From assembly GCF_030144855.1 (NCBI RefSeq), contig NC_082711.1, positions 26,040,001 to 26,104,000 on the forward strand: 64,000 nt of DNA. The letters are read 5' to 3'. Shown here piece after piece: positions 13,327-25,934 of the stretch; the stretch's first letter is position 1, and each line of letters begins with the position of its first letter. The notes beneath the pieces are model-generated. The model was not told the origin of the DNA and did no database searches. It saw only the letters and a program-made list of their open reading frames with translations. This DNA is from Hypanus sabinus (Eukaryota). Position numbers and translations under genes: made by a program.

Positions 13327-13500
13327 AACAAGAGAAAATCTGCAGATGCTAGAAACTTGAGCAACACACACAAAATGCTGGAGGAGCTCAGCAGGCCAGG
13401 CAGCATCTATGGAAAAAAAGTACAGTTGAAGTCTTGGGCCAAAACCTTTCAGCAGGACTGGAGGAGAAAAGCTGAGGAGTAAATTTAAAAGGCAGGGGAG
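13327..13500 (-). mobile_element. Penelope-derived terminal fragment of the same family, hammerhead core decayed
   Basis: aatctgcagatgct...acacaaaatgctggaggagctcagcaggccaggcagcatctatgg is shared with 12620-12750; it interrupts the Tc1 transposase. Confidence 0.8.
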
Positions 13501-15099
13501 GGATACCCAACTCCATTGGCAGAAAAGCTGCTCCAGAGTTGGAGGGAACATTCTCTGTGGTTCACTGTTGGCTGCAGACAGTCATCCATGTAGTGTTTTC
13601 CAGCTCTTCTACAGACCATTGTTGAGCACCCAAGTTCTTGTATTTTTGTGGGTAGTTATTTTGGCTTTTTTTTTTCCACGTTGGAGGAATGGCTTTTTGG
13701 CAGCAACTCTTCCATGAAGACCATTTCTGGCAAGACTCCTTTGGACCGTAGAGGTTTGTATTAGATTTCAGTGGTTTCTGAGAGTTCAGAACTGATAGCA
13801 GTCCTGGACCTTTTCAGATTTAGAAGGGATGTCAGTTTGATGTATCTCTCGTCTGCTACACTCAGTTTCTGTGGCCGACCACTGTGTTTCTGATCCTCAA
13901 CTTTGCCAATTTCTTTAGCTTCTTCAGGAGAGCTTAGAGAGCACGTCTTGAAACTTCTGTCTGCCACAAATTTTCTGCTTATATATGTGTGTACATCAGC
14001 TTTGGAGAAAATAGATAACGGATAATTCATTTCTAGCTTTGAGTCATGGAAAAATCTATAGTATTTTATGCAATAATGTACATCAAGAAACTAAATTTTC
14101 AAATAAATTAGTATATTTTGACTTCCTGCACAGCTTGTGCTACAACTTCATAATGATCAAATATGAGTTATACAAATTAATCTGTAGGAAAAATGGGCTC
14201 AGATCAATGTATCTCAAATATTATCATGTCATGAAATTTTCAGTTACTGTTCTTGTATATATTTAAAGATTTTCACAGTCATCGCTCCAGATATATACTT
14301 AAATTTGTAGTTTCAGAGTGATTTGAAAAAGCTGTGCAGACGTAAATTGATTTCAGGATTGAACCTGGGTCACATGCAAAAAAATTCAAAGGTTTATTTA
14401 TTATCAAAGTGTACAACTCTGAAATTCTTCTTCTCCAGACATGCTGAGGTGGCTGCACCATTATGCTGTCATAAATCTTCAGCACTTTGGCCCATTTAAT
14501 CCTTGTCATCTACCAAAATGGCATTTGCAGCCATTCCATTTCCTCTGCTGATTTCCCTGTAATCTTGTGACTTACTCTCTCTCTGATGTCTATGAGTTCA
14601 CTTCTGATTCTTTTATCACTTATGTTTAGCAATTTACAATGGCCAATTAATAGACCAGTTCATCTTTAATGGAAGAGGAGAAAGCCAGAGCACCTAAGGA
14701 AGCCCATATGGTCATGCAGTATATAAGCAAAATCTACACCCGAGGGGAGGATCAACCTTGGAGTTCTAAAAAAGACCTTGCTTTTATTTTACATTTACTC
14801 CCTCTTCAAATCTATTTGCTGATCTCCAGAATTGAGGATTTTATTTCCAGTTCCTTGTACTTTCTTTTTGCTGCTTTTATTTTAAATACCTTAATTGGTT
14901 TAGATCTTTATAATCTGAACATGAGGAACCATAAGCAAAGTTATGCATCCTGTCATAATTTAAGCTTTTAAGCCTGTATCATTTTGCTGAAACTAGGCCA
15001 AACACTGTGTAAAGCTAATATAAACCTTTGAGATTCAGTATGAAAATGTCTGATCAGGGTTTTGTGCAACTAAAACCTCTTCTCACCAAGATTCTAAAT

Positions 15100-16420
15100 T
15101 TGTTCATTCAGCATGGAAACACGCCCTTTGGCTCACTTATATGTGCTGACTGTGTTGCCCAGCAAGCTCATCCCATCTGCCCACATTTGGCTGTAACCCA
15201 CTAAACCACCACTATCCTTCCATCCTCTATCCTAGATATCCTAGAACAACATTAAATGTTGTTAATGTGCCCATCTCAATCAGGACTTGCAGCCACACAT
15301 TCCAAACACTCAAAACCCTTTGCGAGAAGAAACTGCCACTGATATGCCTTTTAAATCTCTCATTCTTGATCTTAAACCTATACCCTCTTGATCTTCATAC
15401 CCCTCACTTGGGGGGGGGGGGGCTGTGCTTTCTCCATGCCCATATCATGACCTTGTATAACTCCATCAGGTCACCTGTCACCTTTCAATTTTCCTACATT
15501 TCAGGGATTACAGCCCTTGAGTGTATAACCTCTCTATTTGACTGGCCCAAAGTCAGGCAATATCTTGGTAAGTCTTTTCTGCATAACATTTTTCCTATAA
15601 CAGAGTGGCCAAAACTGTACATAATACTCCAAGCCCAACTTCACCACTGTTTGTATAACTGTAACATAATTGCCTTGACTAATGAAGGCCAGCATGCAAA
15701 CACCTTCACCATCCTTTCAAACTTTGACATCACTTTCAGCAAACTATACATTTACACTCTTAGGTACAGTCCATAATGATCCCTAATGCCTGACCATTCA
15801 CTCTTAAGTCTTACCTTGATCTGATTGCCCAAAATGCAACACCTCACATTTATCTGGATTGAAAGCCATTTTGCCAGTCTTCAGCCCACTTATTTAGCAG
15901 ATCAAGATTCCTCTTTATTTCTAATAGCTTTCTACAGTGCCACTTAATTTGGTATTATCCACAAGCTTACTTTGTGCAGTCACATTCAAATCATTTGCAT
16001 AGATTATAAACATAGAAATCCAGCAACAACTTAGGCACACCACTAGACAGAAACCTTCAGTCTGAGAAATAATCCTTGACCATCACCCTCTGCTCCTACC
16101 ATTGAGCCAATTATGAATTCAATCTGCTATCTCCCCCTGGGTCCCACTTTCCAGTCTAATCTGCCATGAGGGGCCTTGTCAGAAGCTTTGTTAAAGTCCA
16201 TATAAAAGCATTTATATCCACCCTCATCTGCCCTCATAGTTACCTCCACAAAGAACTACAAGAGAATTACCACATCCTTTGCACAAAGCTGTGTTGACTA
16301 TTCCAAATCAGACCATGTCTCCCCAAATGTTGGTAGATTCTGACCCTCAGAATTCATCCCAGCAATTTACCAACCACTGACGTCAGGCTCATGGCCTGGA
16401 GTTTACTAGCTTGTTTTTGC
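15100..16420 (-). mobile_element. Old CR1 LINE remnant (RT and 3' end)
   Basis: Colinear with the younger minus-strand CR1 at 50950-52810 (e.g. caaaatgcaacacctcacatttatc, ccttgtcagaagctttgttaaagtccatata). Confidence 0.7.
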
Positions 16421-17130
16421 TTTGATAAAAAAAACATTCATTTCAGAAGAATCTACTGGACATTGAGATTTATAAAGTTCAGTATAAAAATGTTCAAAAA
16501 TTTCTGCTGAGGATCAAAATACTCTTGATGCCCAAATTACTGAATCTGAAATTCAGAAAGCTATTTTTTCAATGCAATCTGGTAAGGCCCCAGGACTTGA
16601 TGGTTATCCTGTAGAATTTTATAAAAAATTTGGAAAATTGCTTTCTCTATATATGTTGGAGATGTTTAAAGATTCTTTTGTGAAAAGTGATTTACCCTCT
16701 ACTTTTTATGAGGCTTCTATTTCTTTAATTCTCAAAAAAGATAAAGATCCTACTGATTGTGCCTCATACAGACCTATTTCATCATTGAACGTTGATGCTA
16801 AGATTCTCTCAAAGATAATTGCCAATCGATTGGAGAGTATTTTGGGTAAAATCATTTTTAAAGATCAAACAAGCTTTATAAAGGATTGTTCTTCTTTTTC
16901 AAATCCTTGGAGATTTATTTAACATTACGCATTCGCCCTCTTCTAAAACTCCACAATGTGTTGTATCTTTGGATGCTGAAAAAGCATTTGATTGAGTCGA
17001 ATGGAAATATTTATTCAATGTTTTAGAAAAATTTGGTTTTGGTATTAATTTTAATAATTAGATTAAAATAATATATAAAGCTCCTATTGCTACTGTTGTC
17101 ACTAATAACTGTTGGTCTCCTTTTTACAGT

Positions 17131-20100
17131 GTAGCAGTAGGCAGGTAGTGCAGGAGTCCCCTGAGGTAATCTCCCTCCTAAACAGATATACTGTTTTGGA
17201 TACTGTTGGGGGAGATGTCTCAACTGGGGAAGGCAGCAGCAGCCAAGTTCATTGCACCATGGGTGGCTCTGCGGCACAGGAGGGAAGGAAAAGGAGTGGT
17301 AAAGCTACAGTGATACGGGGTTCAATTGTAAGGGGAATAGATAGGAGTTTCTGCGGCCGCAAACAAGACTCCAGTATGGTATTTTGCCTCCATGGTGCAA
17401 GGGTCAAGGATGTCTCTGAGCGGCTGCAGGACATTCTGGAATGGGAGGGTGAACAGCCAGTGGTCGTGGTGCACATAGGTACCAACTATATAGGTAAAAA
17501 ACAGGATAAGGTCCTACAAGGTGAATTTAGGGAGTTAAGAGATAAACTAAAAAGTAGGACCACAAAGGTAATAATTTCTGGATTGCTACCAGTGCCACAT
17601 GCTAGTCAGAGTAGAAATAGGAGGATATAGGGATATAGGATGAATACGTGGCTTGAAAAATAGTGCAAGGGGGAGGGATTCAAATTTCTGGCATTGGAAC
17701 CAGTTCTGAGGGAGTTGGGACCAGTATAAACAGGACGGTCTGCTCCTGGGCTGGACTGGAACCAATGTCCTAGGGGGAGCGTTTGCTACTGCTGCTCAGG
17801 AGGCTTTAAACTAATGTGGCAGGGGGATGGAAACAAGTGCAGAGAGACAGAGGGGTGTAAAATGAGGGTAGAAGCAAAATGTAGTAAGTTGAAAAGTAAA
17901 AGTGGCAGGCAGGCAAATAGGGCAAAAAGCAAAAAGAGCCACTTTTCAACATAATTGTATAAGGCCTAAGAGTGTTGTAAAAACAAGCCTGAAGGCTTTG
18001 TGTGTCAGTGCGAGGTACATTCGTAACAAGGTGGATGAATTGAATATGCAGATAGTTATTAATGAATATTATATAGTTGGAATCACAGAGACGTGGCTCC
18101 AGGGTGACCAAGGTTGGGAGCTCAAAATCCAGGGATATTCAATATTCAGGAGGGATAGACAGGAAAGTAAAGGAGGTGGGGTAGCATCGCTGGTTAGAGA
18201 GGAGATTAACGCAATAGAAAGGAAGGACATTAGCCTGGAGGATGTGGAATCGATATAGGTAGAGCTGCATAACACTAAGGGACAGAAAATGCTGGTGGGA
18301 GTTGTGTACAGGCCACCTAACAGTAGTAGTGAGGTTGGGGATGGCATTAAACAGGAAATTAGAAATGCGTGCAATAAATGAACAGTAGTTATAATGTGTG
18401 ACTTCAATCTACATATAGATCGGGTGAACCAAGTTGGTAAGGGTGCTGAGGAAGAGGATTTCTCGGAATGTATGCGGGATGGTTTTCTGAACCAACATGT
18501 CGAGGAACCACCTAGAGAGCAGGCCATTCTAGATTGGGTATTGAGCAATGAGGAAGGGTTAGTTAGTAATCTTGTCGTGCGAGGCCCCTTGGGTAAGAGT
18601 GACCGTAATATGGTGGAATTCTTCATTAAGATGGAGAGTGACATAGTTAATTCAGAAACAAAGGTTCTGAACTTAAAGAAGGGTAACTTTGAAGGTATGA
18701 GATGTGAATTAGCTAAGATAGACTGGCAAGTGATACTTAAAGGGCTGACGGTGAATGTGTAATGGCAAGCATTTAAAGATTGCATGGATGAACTACAACA
18801 ATTGTTCATCCCAGTTTGGCAAAAGAATAAACCAGGGAAGGTAGTGCATCTGTGGCTGACAAGGGAAATTAGGGATAGTATCAATTCTAAAGAAGAAACA
18901 CATAAATTAGCAAAAAAAGGTGGCACACCTGAGGACTGGGAGAAATTCCGAGACCAGCAGAGGAGGACAAAGGGCTTAATTAGGAAAAGGAAAAAAGATT
19001 ATGAGAGAAAGCTGGCAGGGAACATAAAAACTGACTGTAAAAGCTTTTATAGATATGTGAAAAGAAAAAGATTGGTCAAGGCAGATGTAGATCATTTACA
19101 GTCAGAAACAGGTGAATTGATCACAGGGAACAAAGACATGGCAGACCAATTGAATAACTACTTTGGTTCTGTCTTCACTAAGGAGGACATAAATAATCTT
19201 CCGGAAATTGTAAGGGACCGAGGGTCTAGTGAGATGGAGGAACTGAAGGAAATACATGTTAGTAGGGAAGTGGTGTTAGGTAAATTGAAGGGATTAAAGG
19301 CAGATAAATCCCCGGGTCCAGATGGTCTGCATCCCAGAGTGCTTAAGGAAGTAGCCCAAGAAATAGTGGATGCATTAGTGATAATTTTTCAAAACTCCTT
19401 AGATTCTGGATCAGTTCCTGAGGATTGGAGGGTGGCTAATGTAACCCCACTTTTTAAAAAAGGAGGGAGAGAAAAACCAGTGAATTATAGACCGGTGAGT
19501 CTTGACATCGGTGGTGGGGAAAATGCTAGAGTCAGTTATCAAAGATGTGATATCAGCACATTTGGAAAGAGGTGAACTCATCAGACAAAGTCAGCATGGA
19601 TTTGTGAAAGGAAAATCATGTCTGACGAATCTTATAGAATTTTTTGAAGATGTAGCTAGTAGAGTGGATAGGGGAGAGCCAGTGAATGTGGTATATTTAG
19701 ATTTTCAAAAGGCTTTTGACAAGGTCTCACACAGGAGATTAGTGTGCAAACTTAAAGCACACGGTATTGGGGATATGGTATTGATGTGGATAGAGAATTG
19801 GTTGGCAGACAGGAAGCAAAGAGTGGTTGTAAATGGGACCTTTTCAGAATGGCAGGCAGTGACTAGTGGGGTACTGCAAGCCTCAGTGCTGGGACCCCAG
19901 TTGTTTACAATATATATTAATGATTTAGACGAGGGAATTAAATGCGGATGACACGAAGCTGGGCGGTGGTGTTAACTGTGAGGAGGATGCTAAGAGGATG
20001 CAGGGTGACTTGGATAGGTTAGGTGAGTGGGCAAATTCATGGCAGATGCAATTTAATATGGATAAATGTGAGGTTATCCACTTTGGTTGCAAGAACAGGA

Positions 20101-20873
20101 AAACAGATTATTATCTGAATGGTCCTGATTAGGAAAAGGGGAGGTGCAACGAGACCTGGGTGTCATTGTACACCAGTCATTGAAGGTGGGCATGCAGGTA
20201 CAGCAGGCGGTGAAAAAGGCAAATGGTATGTTGGCATTCATAGCAAAAGGATTTGAGTACAGGAGCAGGGAGATTCTACCGAAGTTGTACAAGGCCTTGG
20301 TGAGACCGCACCTAGAGTATTGTGTGCAGTTTTGGTCCTCTAATCTGAGGAAAGACATTCTTGCCATAAAGGGAGTACAAAGAAGGTTCACCAGATTGAT
20401 TCTTGGGATGGTAGGACTTACATATGAAGAAAGACTGGATCGACTAGGCTTATACTCACTAGAATTTAGAAGATTGAGGGGGGGGGAATCTTATTGAAAT
20501 GTATTAAATTCTAAAGGGATTGGACAGGCTGGATGCAGGAAGGTTGTTTCCGATGTTGGGGAAGTCCAGAACGAGGGATCACAGTTTAAGGATAAAGGGG
20601 AAGCCTTTTAGGACCGAGATGAGGAGAAACTTCTTCACACAGAGTGGTGAATCTGTGGAATTCTCTGCCACAGGAAACAGTTGAGGTTGGTTCATTGGCT
20701 ATATTTAAGAGGAAGTTAGCTATGGCCCTTGTGGCTACAGAGATCAAGGGGTATGGAGAGAAAGCAGGTACAGGGTTCTGAGTTGGATGAGCAGTCATGA
20801 TCATACTGAATGGTGGTGTAGGCTCGACGGGACGAATGGCCTACTCCTGCACCTATTTTCTATGTTTTCTATG
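17131..20873 (+). mobile_element. Near full-length, inactivated CR1 LINE (ORF1 SGNH esterase part, ORF2 APE endonuclease and RT)
   Basis: ORF1 GSIVRGIDR...HGARVKDVSERL...VVVHIGTN; ORF2 [67 protein letters not shown]; tail (tttctatg)2; imperfect TSD tttttacagt / tttttcagt. Confidence 0.95.
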
Positions 20874-21037
20874 TTTTTCAGTTATCACGGGGGATATGAC
20901 AAGGTTGTCCATTAAGTCCTTTGTTATTTAACAATATTAGAACCCCTTGCTGTTGCTCTTCGTGATGCCAAAAATATTTATGGGATTTTTGTGAATGAGA
21001 CCATACACAAGATCTCTCTTTACGCTGATTATTTGTT

Positions 21038-21039
<2 letters not shown>

Positions 21040-21087
<48 letters not shown>
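21040..21087. repeat. (TA)n microsatellite
   Basis: About 24 dinucleotide units with one interruption. Confidence 0.95.
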
Positions 21088-23019
21088 GCCTGAAGAATCT
21101 ATTCCTGCTTTGCTAAAATTATTTGACAAATTTGGAGATTTTTCAGGGTATAAAATAAATTTTAGTAAAAGTGAATTACTTCCTTTAAGTGAATCTGTCT
21201 CTATATATGATAATATTCCTTTTAAAGTTACGGATTCTTTTAGATCATTACGGATTCATTTAGGTGTCATAATTACTAAAAAATATAAGGATCTTTAGAA
21301 AGCCAATTTTCCTCCTTTAGTGGACTCTATGAAGTGTTCATTTAGTAGATGGAGCCCACTTACATTTTCACTTGTTGGTCGTATTCATGTAGATAAAATG
21401 ATGATTTAACCAAAATTTTTATATTTATTTCAGAATATTCCTGTTCTTTTTTTGACTAAGAAGTTTTTTGATTGGATTGATTCTACTATTCTATCTTTTA
21501 TTTGGGATAAGAAAAGACCAAGAATTGGTAAATGTCATTTGCAAAAGTTGTTAAAGGATGGAGGTCTCGCTTTGCCTAATCTGAGAATGTATTATTGGGC
21601 TGTTAATTTGCGATATATATCCTTTTGGTTTTATTGCAGTGATAGGAATGATGAGCCAATTTGGATAGATCTGGAACTGAGAGCTGTGAAACAGCTTTAT
21701 TTAACTTCGTTATTAGGAGTTGCTCCACCTATACAATTAGCTAAAGTTGCTAATTTAAACCTATATCGTGTGATTAAGCACTTTAAGCAATTTAAACTTT
21801 GTAGTGTAATTTATTGTAATTACTTTTTTTAAACCTTCCTGGAGTGATCAAATTTTTTTACTTTGGAAAAATAAAGGTATTAATTCTTTTTTGGATTTAC
21901 TTAAAGAAGGATGTCTTTTGAACAATTAGCCGATAAATATTCTCTCTCATATTCACACTTTTTACAATATCTTCAAGTTAGACATTTTTTACAAAAATAT
22001 TTAAGTAATTTTCCTTACATATTGGAGACTGAGTTGTTAGATACTATTATGAATATGAACCCCTCGATGAAAGGTTTCTATTGGAAAAATTTATAATTTA
22101 TTATTACAATAGGATAAGAGTCCCGTACTTAAGATTAAACAGGATTGGGAGAAGGAACTCAATTTGACTTTTATATGGGAAGATTGGATGCGGATTCTGA
22201 AGCTGGTTAACTCTTCTTCGATCTGTGCTAGTCATTCACTGATTCAATTTAAAATTGTACATTGTTACCATTTGTTGAAGGAGGGACTTTCTAAAATATT
22301 TCCCAATGTTAACAAGTATTGTGATAGATGTAAAACTGAGATAGCTACACTGACATATATGTTCTGGTCCTGTTCTATATTAAAACAGTTTTGGAAATCA
22401 GTCTTTTTGACAATTTCTAAAGCACTCAATCAATTTACAACCTAATAAATTGACTATGCTTTTTGGAATAATTCCTCAAAATATCCATGGTATTTCTGTG
22501 TCTGACCAACATGTTATTGCGTTTGTTACATTGGTAGCTAAGAGGGCCATCTTGTTGAAATGGAAGGATATATCAGCTCCTACTTTGTCACAATGGTTCT
22601 CTCAAGTGATGCTGTGTCTTAGTTTGGAGAAAATTAGAAGTCGAACCTTTGAACCTTTATTTGATTTTGAGAAGAGATGGGGCTCATTTGCTCATTATTA
22701 TCATTTCAATTAACTGATAGATTTCCTCCACGATCTAAGGGTAATTTTTTTTTGATATATCTTTCTTTCTTGTTGGCGGTTTGATGTTTATTTTTAGAAG
22801 CTTTCTGTATGACACATGGCTCCGGGGTTGTACCCCCAATGGGTTTCTTTTTTTCCCTCACTTTTTTTGCTTAGTAGGGTTTTTCTTATTCACAAAATTT
22901 TTCAATCTTTAAGATAATTTCTTATTTTTTGAGGCATTGTAAGTGTTACTTCAATGTACCTGTGTTATTTTTGAATAATAATAATAAAAGATTTGAAAGG
23001 GGAACAAAAACAAGCTTTC

Positions 23020-23280
23020 TTTTCAAATCACGTGCAAAACAGTTGCCATGCCAAGTCATTATATACCCATACCAAGCCGCTGTACATCCAGATAAGATGT
23101 TTTCTATGGTGCTTTGATTAAAAATTGCTAAGGGTCAACGGGAATATGCCAAATCTCTTCAGCCTCCTAAGGAAGTAGAGGCATTGGTGAACTTCTTGGC
23201 TGTGACACCAACATGGTTGACCAGGACTGAGTCACTACTAGAAACTTAAAGCTCTTAACCTGGCAGCTTTGGACAAAGCC
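23020..23280 (-). mobile_element. Short Rex1/Babar fragment
   Basis: ctcttcagcctcctaaggaagtagaggcattgg resembles 9715-9745 (minus strand QCLYFLRRLKRF). Confidence 0.6.
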
Positions 23281-23989
23281 CAATTCCAAGTTGCACAAAT
23301 TCAGATGGGTCAACTTGTTTCTGATCCCAGAAGAGATCAAATTCTCATGGAGAGGCACTGGATGGGCTTAATTTTCTATCAGTGCTTCTGTACTTGGAAA
23401 AAATGACTAACCTGACAGTTCATAGCAATGACACCTGCTCTTCTATTTCAACCCAAAATCATAGTTGATCTTTTTGAGAGTGTAGCATTTTGCAATTCAA
23501 TATGTTAATTAATTAGTTTGATTACCCTAAAAGAGTTGGAGAGTTCCAGCTGAGTGGAATTGTTGATGTACTCCTGCATTCTCTTTTCAGTTGATGCGAA
23601 ATGCATTCTCAGAGCAAAGCAACAAAATTGAACATGGGTTGAAGCATTTATCAGATACTTTATCTCAGTTATCAGTATTTGTGTGCAGAAACAGGAGCGA
23701 CCACTTCAGAGAAAGTTTCCTTAAAAAACAACAATGGTGTTAGTCCAGGTAACGTTATGTGGAATGACCTAAAAAAATTAAGATGTCTCCTTGCTCACTT
23801 GCCTCTTCCAAAATGTATCCTCTCTGAACCTTGCCCTTTATATGATTATTCAGACTTGAAGGGCTGTATGAGGGAGGATTCACCAATTTTTGTGCAAATG
23901 CTAGTTAAGGGCAATGGAAAATGTTACAGCTAAGTGGGAGATGGGTGTTGAGCGGACTGAGAGTGCATGGTTGAATCTGGTCAAGCAGT

Positions 23990-24260
23990 GTTTATTTATG
24001 TAGAGATACAGCGTGGAGCAGGCCCTTCTGTCCTTACAAGCCCAACTGCCCAACAATCCACCTATTTAACACTAGCTGAATTACAGGACAATTAACAGTG
24101 ACCAATGAACCTACTAACCCATATGACTTCAGAACATGGGAGGAAACCAGAGCACCTGGAGGAAACAAACACAGTCACAGAGAGAATGTGCAAACTCCTT
24201 ACAGAGTGCGCTGGATTTGAATTCCGAGCTCCAAGCTATAATAGAGCCACACTAATTGTA
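23990..24260 (-). mobile_element. V-SINE (HE1-like)
   Basis: gggaggaaaccagagcacctggaggaaac...gagaatgtgcaaactcc is the reverse complement of the V domain. Confidence 0.75.
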
Positions 24261-24274
24261 TACACTTCTGGTGG

Positions 24275-24710
24275 TCCCGTTGTTGGAAGGATGTTGATGC
24301 TTTAGAGAGGGTGTAGAAGAGGTTTACCAGGATACTACCTGAATTAGAGGGCATGTGCTATAAACAAGAGGTTGGAAAAGCTTGGTTTGTTTTTTTCCTA
24401 AAGCAGCAGAGGCCGAGTGGAGATCTGATAGAGGTTCATAAGATTATGAGAGACACAATAATAATACTAATAATAGTTTTTTTTCTAGGGTTGAACTGTC
24501 TAATACTTCTGGGCATGCATTAAAGGTGAGAAGGGGTCAATTTAAAGGAGATGAGAGGGCTAGGTGCCGGGATGCACTGCCTCGGGTTGTGGTAGAGGTA
24601 GATTACATTAGAAACTTTAAGAGATGTTTAGATAGCTACATGAATGTGAGGAAAATGGAAGGATATGGACATTGTGTAGGCAGAAGGGATTAGTTTAGTT
24701 GGCCATTTGC
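24275..24710 (+). mobile_element. CR1 3' fragment
   Basis: gagagggtgtagaagaggtttaccaggat...gatctgatagaggttcataagattatgag, similar to 20370-20520. Confidence 0.7.
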
Positions 24711-25934
24711 TATGACACTGTGGTACAGCTTTAGAGAAATGATTTCCTTTGTTGAGACTGTTTTGGACAGTGAAGTTAAAGGCCCAATAACGTGTAAGAC
24801 TTTTTGTCTGTACTTAGAAGCATTTGTGATACATCATTTCTTGGGATTTAATCAAATTAATAGTATCCTCTGGATTCCATTAAAACATTTTGATAACCAT
24901 TACTATTATAATTAGTTTCTCTAAATTATATGTTCTTCATTGTAATCTGTCACTAAGTAAATGTAATTAAATTTTGATTGTCGATTTGCAGTTTAATTTT
25001 ACATAGATTTTCTAAATTCTGTGCTGTTCATTGAGGAATGGGCTTGGAATTTATATCAAGTTTCACGTGGAATTCAAGTGGAGTTCACAACACCTTTTAG
25101 TATTTTAGATTCTTTGGGAGAATTGACATTCAACAGGTATAATGTTCTGTTTAGCCATTTCTTTGTGTTAGTGGTATGTGTAAAAGTTGCTTTAAAAGGA
25201 GATGGTTATTATTCTACCTTTAGCCCTGCATCTGCTGTCTCTCGAGATGACCTTTAACATGTCAGTGTTGGTAAGTTGGCCAGTGCCGCTTTCTGACCTT
25301 TCCCTCTATAAGGTATAGTTTTGCTTAAATGAACAAGCATTTTTTTTTAACAAAATTCACACAGTGAGAAAATTGTCAACGATGATGTATATTTTGTGTG
25401 AAAGAAATTAGTAATTGTAATGTATGTACACTGCTTCAAATTTTATAGAACTAGAAGAAAAATATGTTTACAGCATGTGCTGCATAATTCTGAGGGAATT
25501 ATGAAAATAAACAAGAAAACTTTAATTTTTCAAATATCATATGTTTTGGATATCTTCTAATACAGAACTCTAGAAGTTACAACCTGACAGATGGGGACTC
25601 AGCCTGTAGTTTTTGTGTAGGCCCTGTGTCTTCATTTGGAGCTGATTAGCCCAGTCTTATTTTCTTGATTTTTCACTTTTCTCTTTTTATTTTCCTTTTC
25701 AAATATGACTTCTGGAATTAGATTACTTATAAAACTAAATGGAACACAGATATGGCCTGCTTTCAAAGCAAGTGCTTTGAATGTATATATTTAAAGGTTG
25801 TTATTTTCTTTAAATCTATCTACAGTTTGTATTCACTTTACTTCCAGCGGTGGAGTTGAACATGATTTTTCACTCATCTGCCAGCCTGACATGAACAAAT
25901 GTAATGTTGTGTGAATTAACAACCCACTTCATTC

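Larger units (their letters stand above)
12567..13980 (-). mobile_element. Decayed Tc1 transposon with two Penelope-derived insertions
   Basis: TA+cagtacagtgcaaaagt end; minus-strand transposase fragments SGRPQKLSVADERYI, INGILNAEKYKQIL, FILQQDNDPK and WSPQHPDLSII. Confidence 0.8.
16430..22998 (+). mobile_element. 5'-truncated L1-clade LINE (ORF2 RT and C-terminal region), interrupted by CR1 at 17131-20873
   Basis: MQSGKAPGLDGYPVEFYKKF, YRPISSLNVDAKILSKIIANRL, LDAEKAF, QGCPLSPLLF, YAD(Y), GGLALPNL, CDRC...YMFWSC, LEKIR; tail aataataataataaaa; many stops and frameshifts. Confidence 0.9.

Noticed and set aside
18069-18926. 285-aa minus-strand ORF
   Set aside because: It is the antisense shadow of CR1 ORF2, with no independent coding signal.
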